64,000 nucleotides of DNA, from contig JAHKAJ010000015.1 of the NCBI GenBank assembly GCA_018826075.1, positions 15,091 through 79,090 of the forward strand, given 5' to 3'. Below are positions 10,110 through 19,788 of this stretch, piece by piece; positions within the stretch are counted from its first letter, which is position 1; every line of letters begins with the position of its first letter. Source of the DNA: Candidatus Omnitrophota bacterium (GTDB lineage: Bacteria > Omnitrophota > Gorgyraeia > Duberdicusellales > 4484-171). A program made the translations under genes and the position numbers. The notes under the pieces are model-generated. The model saw only the letters and a list, made by a program, of their open reading frames with translations, was not told where the DNA came from and made no database searches.

Positions 10110-10769
10110 TCACTTATTTTGTCTATTCTTCCTTTCCTCTTCAGTGATATGATTTTTGATACCGATGAAATCTTTATGTACCGGAATATTTGCATCTCTA
10201 AAAGACTTGTTGCTATCCCGTCCGACAAAAGGTACGCCTGCTTCTTGTGCAGCCAGATAATCCTCGAAAGTATCTCCGATGAATAAAATCTCATCTTTAA
10301 GAATGCATTCGGTATCTATAACATCTTTAATAACCTTTATTTTAGTCCAAGGATAAGCATATATTTTTTTGAAATAGTTCCTTATACCTCTAAAATTAAT
10401 AACCTCATCTAACTCCTGGCTGGGTGTAATTGATGCCAGGTAAAGAGATACTTTTTTATAATAATAATCTAAGAAATCTTTTGCCCCATCAACATAAGGG
10501 CATTTTTTAATTGCACTAAGCACATAACTAGAAAATTTCTCGCTTAGCGTCTGCGCAACGGCCATATCATAACTGCGGCCTAAAATGTTTTCGGTGATAT
10601 ATTTAAATTTTTCATAGCGGATAGTAGCATTATGAGAAAGATGATAGTGCATTATTTCATCTAAATTCTGAGAATAGTCTTTAAAGAGCTCCTTGAAGGC
10701 TGAATCTTTTATGCCCACTGATTCAACAATGGTTCCATCGAAGTCTAAGATAATTGTTTTAAATCTCAT
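10110..10769 (-). CDS. HAD-superfamily hydrolase/phosphatase.
   Basis: ILDFDGTIVES (the DxDGT motif I). Confidence 0.65.
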   Translation of the reverse strand: MRFKTIILDFDGTIVESVGIKDSAFKELFKDYSQNLDEIMHYHLSHNATIRYEKFKYITENILGRSYDMAVAQTLSEKFSSYVLSAIKKCPYVDGAKDFLDYYYKKVSLYLASITPSQELDEVINFRGIRNYFKKIYAYPWTKIKVIKDVIDTECILKDEILFIGDTFEDYLAAQEAGVPFVGRDSNKSFRDANIPVHKDFIGIKNHITEEERKNRQNK

Positions 10770-11575
10770 TGGGTAGAAACTCGTTCTTTTTTTCTGATCT
10801 GATCAGTTATATTTCTCATGCGTTCGCTCCATTTCCATAATAAGAATATATCCGAAGCTAATACCACAAAGGTATAGCCCAATTTAAACTTATCCTCTAT
10901 AGCTTTCATGTCCGGATCGACTATGTGAGTGCCGCAAGCCTTATTGTGACGACGGCAAGAATCAATTACACGTATTGCCGCCTGGTTAACCTTTGGATGG
11001 TCCAATTGACCAGGAATACCCAACGACCCAGAAATATCATAAGGACCAACCATCACTCCATCTATTTGCTCAAAACTCAAAATCTGATCAATATTTTCTA
11101 CTCCCTTGACAGTCTCGATCTGCATAATCAAAGAAGATGAATCATTCCATGCTGACACATACTCATCAAAATCAAAACCATATCCTTGAGCCCGGGCAAC
11201 GCCAAAACTCCGGCTTCCCTCAGGTGGATACTTACACCAAGGGATTATCTTCTCTGCTTCTTCAGGCAAAGACACCATTGGAACCATTAACCCGTCTGCC
11301 CCTGAGTCCAGAAGACGCTTGATCATTTCCTGATTATGAGTAGCAATCCTAGGAAGGCACAAAGTGCCATTCACCTGAGAAGCGGTTATAATTCTCTGTG
11401 TCTGCTCCTGGCTTATGGTGCTATGCTCAATATCAACTCCTACGAAATCTACACCAATCCTGGAAAAAATCTCGGTTATCGAAGGATGACCCAGTGAAGT
11501 CCAAGCGCCAAAAACCGGTTTACGCTGTCTTAACTTCTGTTTAAATTCGTAACGTCTCTGATTTAATTCTTTCAT
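10766..11575 (-). CDS. HpcH/HpaI-family (class II, pyruvate-dependent) aldolase.
   Basis: Overall similarity to 2-keto-3-deoxy acid aldolases (GAWTSLGHPSITEIFSRIGVDFVGVDIEH...). Confidence 0.55.
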   Translation of the reverse strand: MKELNQRRYEFKQKLRQRKPVFGAWTSLGHPSITEIFSRIGVDFVGVDIEHSTISQEQTQRIITASQVNGTLCLPRIATHNQEMIKRLLDSGADGLMVPMVSLPEEAEKIIPWCKYPPEGSRSFGVARAQGYGFDFDEYVSAWNDSSSLIMQIETVKGVENIDQILSFEQIDGVMVGPYDISGSLGIPGQLDHPKVNQAAIRVIDSCRRHNKACGTHIVDPDMKAIEDKFKLGYTFVVLASDIFLLWKWSERMRNITDQIRKKERVSTQ

Positions 11576-12257
11576 CTTTTAACAATTCCTCCTCGGCTTT
11601 AGCAGCATCATCGAGAAACATTTTTACGGTTTCCTTAGTGTAGGGATGAATGATCATGCCTTTTAGTAGATTTGGTAAAACAGTTACAATATGAGCTCCG
11701 GCATGTAACCATTCGACAACATTCAACACCTCTCGTGTCGAACCTAATATTATTTTTGACTTCAATTTGAAATCCTCAAGCAATTTAGACAATTTCTTTA
11801 TTTCTTCAACAACGTTATAACCCATATTATTTACTCTTCCGCCAAACATAGAAACATAGGTCGCTCCGGCCATGGCAGCCAAGAAACACTGTTGGGCACT
11901 CATCATCGCCGTAACATTCACCCGAATATTGTGTCTTGTCTCCAACTCATGCACAACTTCTAGGTTATCTAACTCGCCTTCCGGACCGTGAACTGTAATT
12001 TTTACTACGATATTCTCAGCCCAGCTGGAAAACTCCTTAGCTTGATCAAACATCTTTTGACGATCATTAGTGGTAACTTCCACCGACAAAGGATAAGGAG
12101 CAATAACCCTGGCGATGTCTCGAGAACAATCTTTTAAAACTTTTTTAACTCCGGACCGATACAGAATCGTCGGATTAGTGGTCACTCCGCGTATTATCCC
12201 CAGTTTGTGAAACTGTTCTACTTCTTCAACTTTTCCGGTATCCAAAAATATAGCCAT
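11541..12257 (-). CDS. Transaldolase / fructose-6-phosphate aldolase family.
   Basis: AIFLDTGKVEEVEQ...GVTTNPTIL signature. A strong SD (AAGGAGGA) lies 7 nt upstream of the ATG. Confidence 0.7.
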   Translation of the reverse strand: MAIFLDTGKVEEVEQFHKLGIIRGVTTNPTILYRSGVKKVLKDCSRDIARVIAPYPLSVEVTTNDRQKMFDQAKEFSSWAENIVVKITVHGPEGELDNLEVVHELETRHNIRVNVTAMMSAQQCFLAAMAGATYVSMFGGRVNNMGYNVVEEIKKLSKLLEDFKLKSKIILGSTREVLNVVEWLHAGAHIVTVLPNLLKGMIIHPYTKETVKMFLDDAAKAEEELLKDERIKSETLRI

Positions 12258-12308
12258 AAAAATTCCTCCTTACTAATTGTTAATAACTATTTTGTTTTCA
12301 AAAACTTT

Positions 12309-12917
12309 TCATTTATTGTGTGCTAATGTACTTTCCCATTTATTTCCTGTCTGCATGACTCTGGGGTCAGAAACAATCAAATGCCAGATAACTCCCTGAA
12401 AAGCTTCGGTTTGAGGAGTAATCGTGTCGGGATTAACCACTGGTATAGTCAAACAGGCATCTGCTAATTTAGCGGTGTAACCGCCATCGTGGCCGACTAC
12501 GCCGACTATTTTAGCCTTGCAGCCTTTTGCATAATCAAGGGCATCGACAATATTAACACTTATATTTCTTTCCCGGTCACCGCCACCTACTGAAAAAACA
12601 AACAGGCAGTCTTTAGTATTCAAATTGCTGCCTTTAAGCCACTGGCTAAAAACCGTATGCCAGCCTTCGTCGTTAGTTCGGGCTGTCAGCTCAGAAATAT
12701 TATCTACCGGCGTATAAGCTTCAAAGCCGGCTATTTTTCTAAAATCGTTGACCGCGTGAGAACAATTTCCAGCGCTGCCGCCTACGCCGATAAAAAATAA
12801 ACGCCCTTTCTGGCTGCGGACTTTGAGCAAAACCTCTATCATCTTTTCGATTTGGCTTCGGTCTATCTTTTCGATAATAGCTGCGGCTTCTTTCAAATAC
12901 TGTTCTGGGTATAACAT
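12309..12917 (-). CDS. SIS-domain sugar-phosphate isomerase (GmhA-like sedoheptulose-7-P isomerase).
   Basis: FFIGVGGSAGNCSHAVNDF; 202 aa; single SIS domain. Confidence 0.7.
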   Translation of the reverse strand: MLYPEQYLKEAAAIIEKIDRSQIEKMIEVLLKVRSQKGRLFFIGVGGSAGNCSHAVNDFRKIAGFEAYTPVDNISELTARTNDEGWHTVFSQWLKGSNLNTKDCLFVFSVGGGDRERNISVNIVDALDYAKGCKAKIVGVVGHDGGYTAKLADACLTIPVVNPDTITPQTEAFQGVIWHLIVSDPRVMQTGNKWESTLAHNK

Positions 12918-12921
12918 CTGA

Positions 12922-13944
12922 CTATTTCTCCTTTTTCCTTAATAATATCCGGGCATAAGAACTGAGTAGATTGGCTTGTAAAAACTGTTGAAAAGAACGC
13001 TTAACATTCTCATCCCTATTTTCAACTATATATTTTACAAATCTAGGAAGCTTTACACTCTTGTTTTGTTGAGCTGTTTTGGCCACTATTGCCAAATCTA
13101 ACACCCCTGGCGTACTGAATTCAATACACTCAAAACCACGCCTTTCAAATAGAACCTTCAAACCTTCTACCGTAAACAGGTTCATTCTATCCGGCGGACA
13201 TAAATTTTCGGCCTTATCCCAAAGAATCTGTAAATCAAAACCGGAAATCAAAACTGTGGTTATGAAACAAAGCCCGCCCGACCTCAACATCTTATAGACT
13301 TTATCCAACAAAAGGTCAACATCAGAAGCCCGGTCAATGACTTCAAATAAGCAGACAACATCAGCTTCGTTACACAGATAAAGGTCTGCGATTTTGGAAT
13401 TTATAACTTTTATTTCCGAACTGAGCTTAAGGCTGTCTAGATCGAGAAAAGGATTTATTAATATTTTCTGCTCAAACTGCTCGGCTCCCAATATTTCTTC
13501 AATATAGTTATAGTGAGCGGTATTAATATCGACCAATTTCTTAGCCTGCGGAAAATATTCGGCAGTTGCGCCGTTTATCCAATCAAAACGCGGCTTGATT
13601 ATTTTCTCTTTCCTCTTGGAAGCTGTTACCTTAGAAAGTTCTTCCCGCCAGAATATCCGCGCTTGAGAATTGCGGTAATAATCGATTAAGGCCGCTTCAC
13701 TGGGCCGCGGCGACAGATAAACCGTTTTACAACTCTCACATTCTAAATAAGTTAAGCCCAATTTTACAAAAGCTTCTTTCTGGCCTCTGCTCTGGCAACC
13801 CGGACAAAGGCAAGGGGTTAGAATTTCCTCATTTACCAAAAAAGAAAAGACATCTTTTTCGATAAGCTTTAAATAAGTATTGAATAATTCTGAAGGCTTT
13901 AAATCAATTTCATTATATTCATCAAAGATTACAATATTTCTCAT
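12922..13944 (-). CDS. Zn-ribbon methyltransferase, possibly a TylC3/NovU-like sugar C-methyltransferase.
   Basis: CLCPGCQSRGQK...CESCKTVYLSP Zn-binding domain followed by an MTase-like region. The start is refined to the ATG at 13942..13944, which is preceded by GGGAGGA. Confidence 0.4.
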   Translation of the reverse strand: MRNIVIFDEYNEIDLKPSELFNTYLKLIEKDVFSFLVNEEILTPCLCPGCQSRGQKEAFVKLGLTYLECESCKTVYLSPRPSEAALIDYYRNSQARIFWREELSKVTASKRKEKIIKPRFDWINGATAEYFPQAKKLVDINTAHYNYIEEILGAEQFEQKILINPFLDLDSLKLSSEIKVINSKIADLYLCNEADVVCLFEVIDRASDVDLLLDKVYKMLRSGGLCFITTVLISGFDLQILWDKAENLCPPDRMNLFTVEGLKVLFERRGFECIEFSTPGVLDLAIVAKTAQQNKSVKLPRFVKYIVENRDENVKRSFQQFLQANLLSSYARILLRKKEK

Positions 13945-14962
13945 CGCCAATCCTCCCTTCGGCCTTGCCGTCTTGATAGGCTTTATCAATGATTTCCATA
14001 ACTGATAAGGCATCACTCGATGAGCTGCTGACAACCGGGCTATCGCTGTCAATACACTTTATAAATTCTTCTACCTCCAGCTCCCATGATTGATCACGAT
14101 CAAAATAAGTTATTTCCTCAGCCGGATTGCCGACCGCGCTAGCTTCATCTTCGAATTGCCGCCGGCCGACAACTAATTTTTCTCTTCCGTAGCTGCCTGA
14201 TTTAGACAAAAGGCCTTCGATTAAAATGTAGCCTTGTTCGAATATGATATTCAGTTGAAAGGCGTGTTTCCAAAGCGTAGCTGAGGAATGCAAAAAAGCA
14301 TTCTGGCCTCTTTGGTTTTGTAAAATAACATAAGCATTGTCTTCGAGATCGAACTTCCAGAATCTATTGCTGAGAAAACACTTTATTTTCTGGAAATCAC
14401 CGCAAAAATAACGAAAAAGATCCAACATGTGTATGCCTTGATCAAGTAATATGCCGCCGCCGGATAAATCTCTATTGTTTCGCCATGATTTTGCAAAGTT
14501 CAATCCTCCCGATTTACCATATACACCCCGCAAACCTATAATTTCACCAAGCCTTTTGCTGTCAACGATGACTTTAGCTTTCATTACCGCCGGATGAAAA
14601 CGGTGGTTAAAACCGAACATCAGTTTGGTTTTGGCGCCTTCTGCGGCGATTATGCTCTGAATATCCTCTAAATTTCTTCCCGGCGGTTTCTCACAAAAAA
14701 CGTGTTTACCTCTGTTCATGCTTTCAATACAAATCTTAGGCGAATAGCTGTTAGGCGTACAAACAAAGATTATTTCCGGATCTCTCCGGATAAGTTCTTG
14801 GAATGATTTAAATACCGGGCAGCCGTCAACGGCTTTGGCTGCTTCCGGATCGGGATCAACGATCCCGATTAACTTTAAACGCGGATTATTTTCGATAACC
14901 AATTTGCGTATTTTACCCATATAACCATAACCGACTATGCCAACCTTATAAATCTTATTCAT
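13922..14962 (-). CDS. Gfo/Idh/MocA-family NAD(P) oxidoreductase.
   Basis: KVGIVGYGYMGKIR Rossmann motif. Confidence 0.7.
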   Translation of the reverse strand: MNKIYKVGIVGYGYMGKIRKLVIENNPRLKLIGIVDPDPEAAKAVDGCPVFKSFQELIRRDPEIIFVCTPNSYSPKICIESMNRGKHVFCEKPPGRNLEDIQSIIAAEGAKTKLMFGFNHRFHPAVMKAKVIVDSKRLGEIIGLRGVYGKSGGLNFAKSWRNNRDLSGGGILLDQGIHMLDLFRYFCGDFQKIKCFLSNRFWKFDLEDNAYVILQNQRGQNAFLHSSATLWKHAFQLNIIFEQGYILIEGLLSKSGSYGREKLVVGRRQFEDEASAVGNPAEEITYFDRDQSWELEVEEFIKCIDSDSPVVSSSSSDALSVMEIIDKAYQDGKAEGRIGDEKYCNL

Positions 14963-14971
14963 AATATATCC

Positions 14972-16819
14972 TCATTCAACGAACTTAGCCAAAGTTTCTT
15001 TGCTGGGCGGATGAAAATAGCTAGCCAGATAAGCCTTAGCTTTATCCCTTTGCAGATTAAAATCTTCCTGGCTTAAATTGTCTATCTCATCTAGTTTTGC
15101 TTTTAAAGAATCTTCTTTATGGACTACCCATTTTAGATGGCGGCAATCAAACAAAGGATCATAACTTAAAATTTCTCCGCGGTCAAAATGGATAACCGGT
15201 TTACCGATACTTAAGGCTTCCAGAGAAACAGTGGTTCCCCAATAGATAACAATATCGGCCCAAATAATATCGTCATAGAGATAATTTCCGTTGGAAACGC
15301 TGACGTTAGGCATCCGGCTCAAATCATAAGCAAACCTTCTTTTAAAATAAGGCCAGGGAACCATGGGATGAGTCCTTATTTTTATATGATAGCCGTTACG
15401 GCCCTGCATCTGGCTTAAAACATAATCCACTATACAGTGGACATCGATATTGCCTTCCAAAGCCACCAAAATATTCTTCAAACGCTTTCTTGGCTGAAAA
15501 GGTTTATCAAAAAGATATTCAAAACGCAAACCACAGGTAGCCTCAATAAAGCCCGGCTCATATTCACCATACCTCTCCATAATCTTCTTGGTTTCAACCC
15601 CAACAGTCAATATTTTATCCGGCAAAGGAGATAATGACCTATCGTGACCGACAACAAACATATTCACTGAAGATTGAGGAACAACCGTATGTTGATAGCC
15701 GATAATCCGGCTAGCCGGAGAATATCGCCTTAAAGCTAATATACACATCCGTTCCCAAGGTTTATTCTCATAAGTTAGAAGGAACTTTTCAACAGCAACT
15801 TTCTTAATCAGATTCTTAGTGCTCCAATAATGCAAAAAATGATAAAATCGGACGCCCTTAAAGGTCCTTTTTAATTCAGCGTTGATTATATCGGAAACAT
15901 CGTATCCGAAAAATAAAACCTTCCGATTAATCCTGATTTTAGTAAATAAAAACTCTATGGCCGCCTTTACAATACTCGGCAAAGTTAAGAGAGCTTCTAC
16001 CGGCAAAATAATCCGCTGCTGGCATTGGCTAATTTTTTTTAGGCACTGTTTATAATCACCTAAAATGCAGGCGTAAATCAAACTCTTTTGCTTACCCTTT
16101 AAAAACTCCGGCAAACTACCAAAAAAAACATCGCGGTAACTACCGTCTTTTAAAAACGAATGGTTATAAATAAAAGTTTTAATAACATAATAGGACTTTT
16201 TAGGATTAAGCTCTTTTTTTATCCTTGAGCCTAATTGTTTTCTGGCATATAAACTACGGCGATAAAACTTTACCGTCTTATATATAACTCCGATGGTTCT
16301 TCGAACAGTTATATATATTGAATCTAACCGCTTCTCGGCCGGATTACCGAAATAATGAAATTGTATATTAACGCTCTTTAAAGTTTTCTTCAGTAACCCG
16401 ATTGTGCTAATTGCCGGGCCGACAATAATTAACTGCAGATAGTCTTCATCTTTGGCAACTTTTGTCATAGTCAAAAACTGATAAAGAAACTCTGGAACTT
16501 TTGAGGCAAATCTGTCTTTGGAGGCTATATCGGTAGCCCACCATACCTTAGAAGAACTAAACTCTTGGGAACAACTCGCAATAGCTTTGTTGTATTCACG
16601 CAGGAATGCATCACGATAAAACTCATCGTGTTCGGACTTAGGGATTTTTTTAAAATTCTTAGCTTCGAGAAGATCCTCAGCCTTTTTGCTGACAGTTTTC
16701 CACAAAAGATATTTCCTGCCTTTTTGCTCTTTAGACGAAAGTGTAGCGAGATAGCTGATTAGCCGTCTTTCGGTTTTAAAAACAAGCGCTGATTTTATAA
16801 ATAGAGTTTCTTTATTCAT
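14972..16819 (-). CDS. Large GT-B-like protein, possibly a KpsC/KpsS (Capsule_synth)-type ulosonic-acid transferase.
   Basis: C-terminal ...DIVIYWGTTVSLEALSIGKPVIHF... resembles the Capsule_synth/TagF-type nucleotide-sugar binding motif. 615 aa. Confidence 0.3.
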   Translation of the reverse strand: MNKETLFIKSALVFKTERRLISYLATLSSKEQKGRKYLLWKTVSKKAEDLLEAKNFKKIPKSEHDEFYRDAFLREYNKAIASCSQEFSSSKVWWATDIASKDRFASKVPEFLYQFLTMTKVAKDEDYLQLIIVGPAISTIGLLKKTLKSVNIQFHYFGNPAEKRLDSIYITVRRTIGVIYKTVKFYRRSLYARKQLGSRIKKELNPKKSYYVIKTFIYNHSFLKDGSYRDVFFGSLPEFLKGKQKSLIYACILGDYKQCLKKISQCQQRIILPVEALLTLPSIVKAAIEFLFTKIRINRKVLFFGYDVSDIINAELKRTFKGVRFYHFLHYWSTKNLIKKVAVEKFLLTYENKPWERMCILALRRYSPASRIIGYQHTVVPQSSVNMFVVGHDRSLSPLPDKILTVGVETKKIMERYGEYEPGFIEATCGLRFEYLFDKPFQPRKRLKNILVALEGNIDVHCIVDYVLSQMQGRNGYHIKIRTHPMVPWPYFKRRFAYDLSRMPNVSVSNGNYLYDDIIWADIVIYWGTTVSLEALSIGKPVIHFDRGEILSYDPLFDCRHLKWVVHKEDSLKAKLDEIDNLSQEDFNLQRDKAKAYLASYFHPPSKETLAKFVE

Positions 16820-16822
16820 TAA

Positions 16823-18991
16823 CTATAGCACTCCGGTGTATTTGTCTCTCAAATAAACAGCTTTAAAAGGGCTTACCGTTCCTTGAAAAACTTGCCTTAC
16901 CTTATCATGGCCCCAAATATTACCGTAACGCTCGGCCGCATCGGCTAAAACTTTCTCTCGAGGAAGTTTTGCTTTAAACCCATCCAAGAGCCATTTCAAA
17001 TAGGTACCTATTCTTTCAGCGGCCCGACCATCCCTAAAAGGATCTATCTCATCAAGTATGGACGACCAATTGCCAAATTCCGGCATGCTCGAAGCATTAT
17101 TCCAATACTCACTGCATGTCTTCCATAAATTCTGCCAATCAGTGAAAACAACACGCCCTGTACCTAATCTGTACAATGAGCTTACTTTCCAACCTTCTCT
17201 GTCCAAAAGAAGTGTCGGCGCGCCGGCTAAAGCCGACTCCACCCCTGCTGTTGCCACGCAAAGATGACCATGAACCGCAACATCACAAGCAATAGCTGCT
17301 AATGCCGGGGGATACCAACCATGCAACAGACCTCCTTCAATTACCAAACATCGGCCAGTCTCCTCAGCGCGCTTCAATAATTCGGCCACTTTTCCCAATC
17401 GCAATCTCAGTGTAGTTGGAACCTTGGGTTTGAAAATAATTCCCAGCTCCGGTTCTGATAAAACTCTTTCAAGTAAAAAACTATAATTCTCCCGCATAAA
17501 CTCATGACCGGTATGCCAACGAGAATCATCAGCTGAACCTTCATCAAAATAAGCTAAGATATATTTTGCTCCGCTCTCTTTAAGTTTATTTCGAATTGCT
17601 TGAGCCGGTTTTTTCAGCAAAGGAAACCTATGGTCACCAAAATAACCTACAGCAACATGATAGGGGATTAATGAGCCGGACCTTCTTTCGATGTCTGCAT
17701 TCCGAGAAGAAAATCCAAAAACTATATCTGAAACAATAGTTGTGCCCATCGAAGAAAACTCTTCAAATGCTCTCTGGTAGATAGCCAAAACTCCTCCTAG
17801 TTTTTCTAAAACATCGGCTATTATGCAATGTTCATGGCCATATTTATACCAAGTTAAATATATTTTCCCATTATAACTGGTAAAAAAATCAAACCAATAA
17901 TTATATTGTGAGACAAAATAAGCCAATTGCTGCTTTAGCCATTTCTTTTCTGCCTTATCTTTTGAAAGGTCTAAACTACTTTTGAAATAATTCACATCTA
18001 GATTGCACTTCCGATGATAAAATACCTCAGCATTTGGAACCTCAACAGCATCGGGAGAAAGAGCAATTGCCCTCATGTCGTACTGTTCAACTTCTTGCAG
18101 CTTTTTTTTATCTAAAGGATCCTCGGCGAAGTTAAAATTAATAACTATATCTTCAGCTGACAAACTGGAATTTTGCCAAAAGAATAAATCAGAAGTTAAT
18201 TCTGGTTGGGCTAAATTAAGGTGTCCGTAGTATTGAACTGCTAGTTTTGGCGATGGATTTCGAGCCGGGAAAACAGCCCTCGTCTGTCTTAAAAACTTAA
18301 TAAGCCCTTCTCGTTTAATAAAAAAACATATACTTTGGAAAAGCTTTAGTTTTGCTCCGCTAAGCCTTACTAAAATATCTCTGAGATTGATGTGCCAATT
18401 TTTTATCGGTATAAGTTCTACTTTGTACTTAGAAGAGTACTTCTTTATCTCCCTCCACCACATCCTCTTATTTATGAAGAGAACTTTTTCTGTATCCTTA
18501 GCTGAAGAATCTTCTTTGGTTTTCCATAGGGCAAGCTGAATTAAAAGCTGTGCCCGCCATACAGTAGAATTTACATTGTAATAAAGATTGGCGATTCGCT
18601 TAGTAAGAAATGTTAGTGTTTTTTTATTAATCTCTTGGCAAGAATCTAATTTTTTAAAAATATCACGAGATAAGATGTCTTTTTGAACCTCAGCAAAATC
18701 GAAATAATCCAGTCTCAGCCTTATGAGATTTCCCGAATCATCTTTAATGTCAATGATTCGAAATTCCAGCTTCCGGAAAGAAAAGCCTAATATTCGAGAA
18801 ATGAAACCAGCAAGAACAAATCCGGCTTTACTCGTATCAATTACATATATATCTTTCTTTATTGATTGCGGCTTTTTTTTCAACAAATAAGGCAATACAT
18901 AAAATAAGTATGAACTCAGAGTGAGCTCCTCAATAAAACACAAACAATGAGTGTCTTTATTACAAGATTGTTTTTGTGTTGAAAAATTCAT
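16823..18991 (-). CDS. Large GT-B-like protein, a paralogous KpsC/KpsS/TagF-like putative transferase.
   Basis: ...CDVAVHGHLCVATAGVESALAGAPTLLLD... motif. The start is probably the ATG at 18989..18991, just after the upstream stop. Confidence 0.3.
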   Translation of the reverse strand: MNFSTQKQSCNKDTHCLCFIEELTLSSYLFYVLPYLLKKKPQSIKKDIYVIDTSKAGFVLAGFISRILGFSFRKLEFRIIDIKDDSGNLIRLRLDYFDFAEVQKDILSRDIFKKLDSCQEINKKTLTFLTKRIANLYYNVNSTVWRAQLLIQLALWKTKEDSSAKDTEKVLFINKRMWWREIKKYSSKYKVELIPIKNWHINLRDILVRLSGAKLKLFQSICFFIKREGLIKFLRQTRAVFPARNPSPKLAVQYYGHLNLAQPELTSDLFFWQNSSLSAEDIVINFNFAEDPLDKKKLQEVEQYDMRAIALSPDAVEVPNAEVFYHRKCNLDVNYFKSSLDLSKDKAEKKWLKQQLAYFVSQYNYWFDFFTSYNGKIYLTWYKYGHEHCIIADVLEKLGGVLAIYQRAFEEFSSMGTTIVSDIVFGFSSRNADIERRSGSLIPYHVAVGYFGDHRFPLLKKPAQAIRNKLKESGAKYILAYFDEGSADDSRWHTGHEFMRENYSFLLERVLSEPELGIIFKPKVPTTLRLRLGKVAELLKRAEETGRCLVIEGGLLHGWYPPALAAIACDVAVHGHLCVATAGVESALAGAPTLLLDREGWKVSSLYRLGTGRVVFTDWQNLWKTCSEYWNNASSMPEFGNWSSILDEIDPFRDGRAAERIGTYLKWLLDGFKAKLPREKVLADAAERYGNIWGHDKVRQVFQGTVSPFKAVYLRDKYTGVL

Positions 18992-19007
18992 AATACTCTG
19001 CAATATT

Positions 19008-19769
19008 TCACCAGGCGCTCCAACCGCCATCCACATTTAATACTTCACCAGTTATATAGTTTGATGCTTCACTGGCCAGAAAAAGACAGCAGTTAGCTAC
19101 ATCCAGGGAGCTGCCCCATTTCTTTTGGGGTGTTCTTTCTATAGTAAACTTATATAAATCTTCTTTCTTCTTGAAATTTTCAAAGTATGAAGTCTGGCAA
19201 AATCCGGGAGCAATAGTATTAACGTTAATATTATGCTCTGCCCATTCAAGAGCCAAACACTTTGAAAGCGTAATGATAGCTCCCTTAGAAGCTCCATAGG
19301 CTGAAAGCTCAGGTAAGCCAAGAGTTCCAACAATAGAAGAAATATTTATAATCTTGCCACTCTTTTTTGAAACCATACTTTTGCCAACTTCGCGGCAAAA
19401 GAAATAAACACTATTAAGATTATTACTTATTACTTGATTCCACTCTTGGCTGTTGGTATCAAGGAATTTTTTTCTAAATCGCATGCCGGCATTATTTATA
19501 AGTAGATCGATCTTATTAAATTTTTCAATTGTTTGCTTCACAAATTTCTCAACAACCTCTTCCTTGGATACATCCCCTTCATATAAAAATATACGCTTGG
19601 AATCAAAACTAACTTCCTCTTTAAGGCTTGATAAATCCTTTAAATTTCTGCTAATAAGAGCAATATTCGCTCCTTCTTTATAAAAAAGCTTGGCAGTCTC
19701 TCTTCCTATACCTTTGCCAGCGCCGCTAATAATAGCTACTTTATCTTTTAATGCGTATTCCTGGGCCAT
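19008..19769 (-). CDS. Short-chain dehydrogenase/reductase (SDR).
   Basis: VAIISGAGKGIGRETA with YxxxK later. Confidence 0.75.
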   Translation of the reverse strand: MAQEYALKDKVAIISGAGKGIGRETAKLFYKEGANIALISRNLKDLSSLKEEVSFDSKRIFLYEGDVSKEEVVEKFVKQTIEKFNKIDLLINNAGMRFRKKFLDTNSQEWNQVISNNLNSVYFFCREVGKSMVSKKSGKIINISSIVGTLGLPELSAYGASKGAIITLSKCLALEWAEHNINVNTIAPGFCQTSYFENFKKKEDLYKFTIERTPQKKWGSSLDVANCCLFLASEASNYITGEVLNVDGGWSAW

Positions 19770-19788
19770 TTTCGCACCTCCGAATCTG

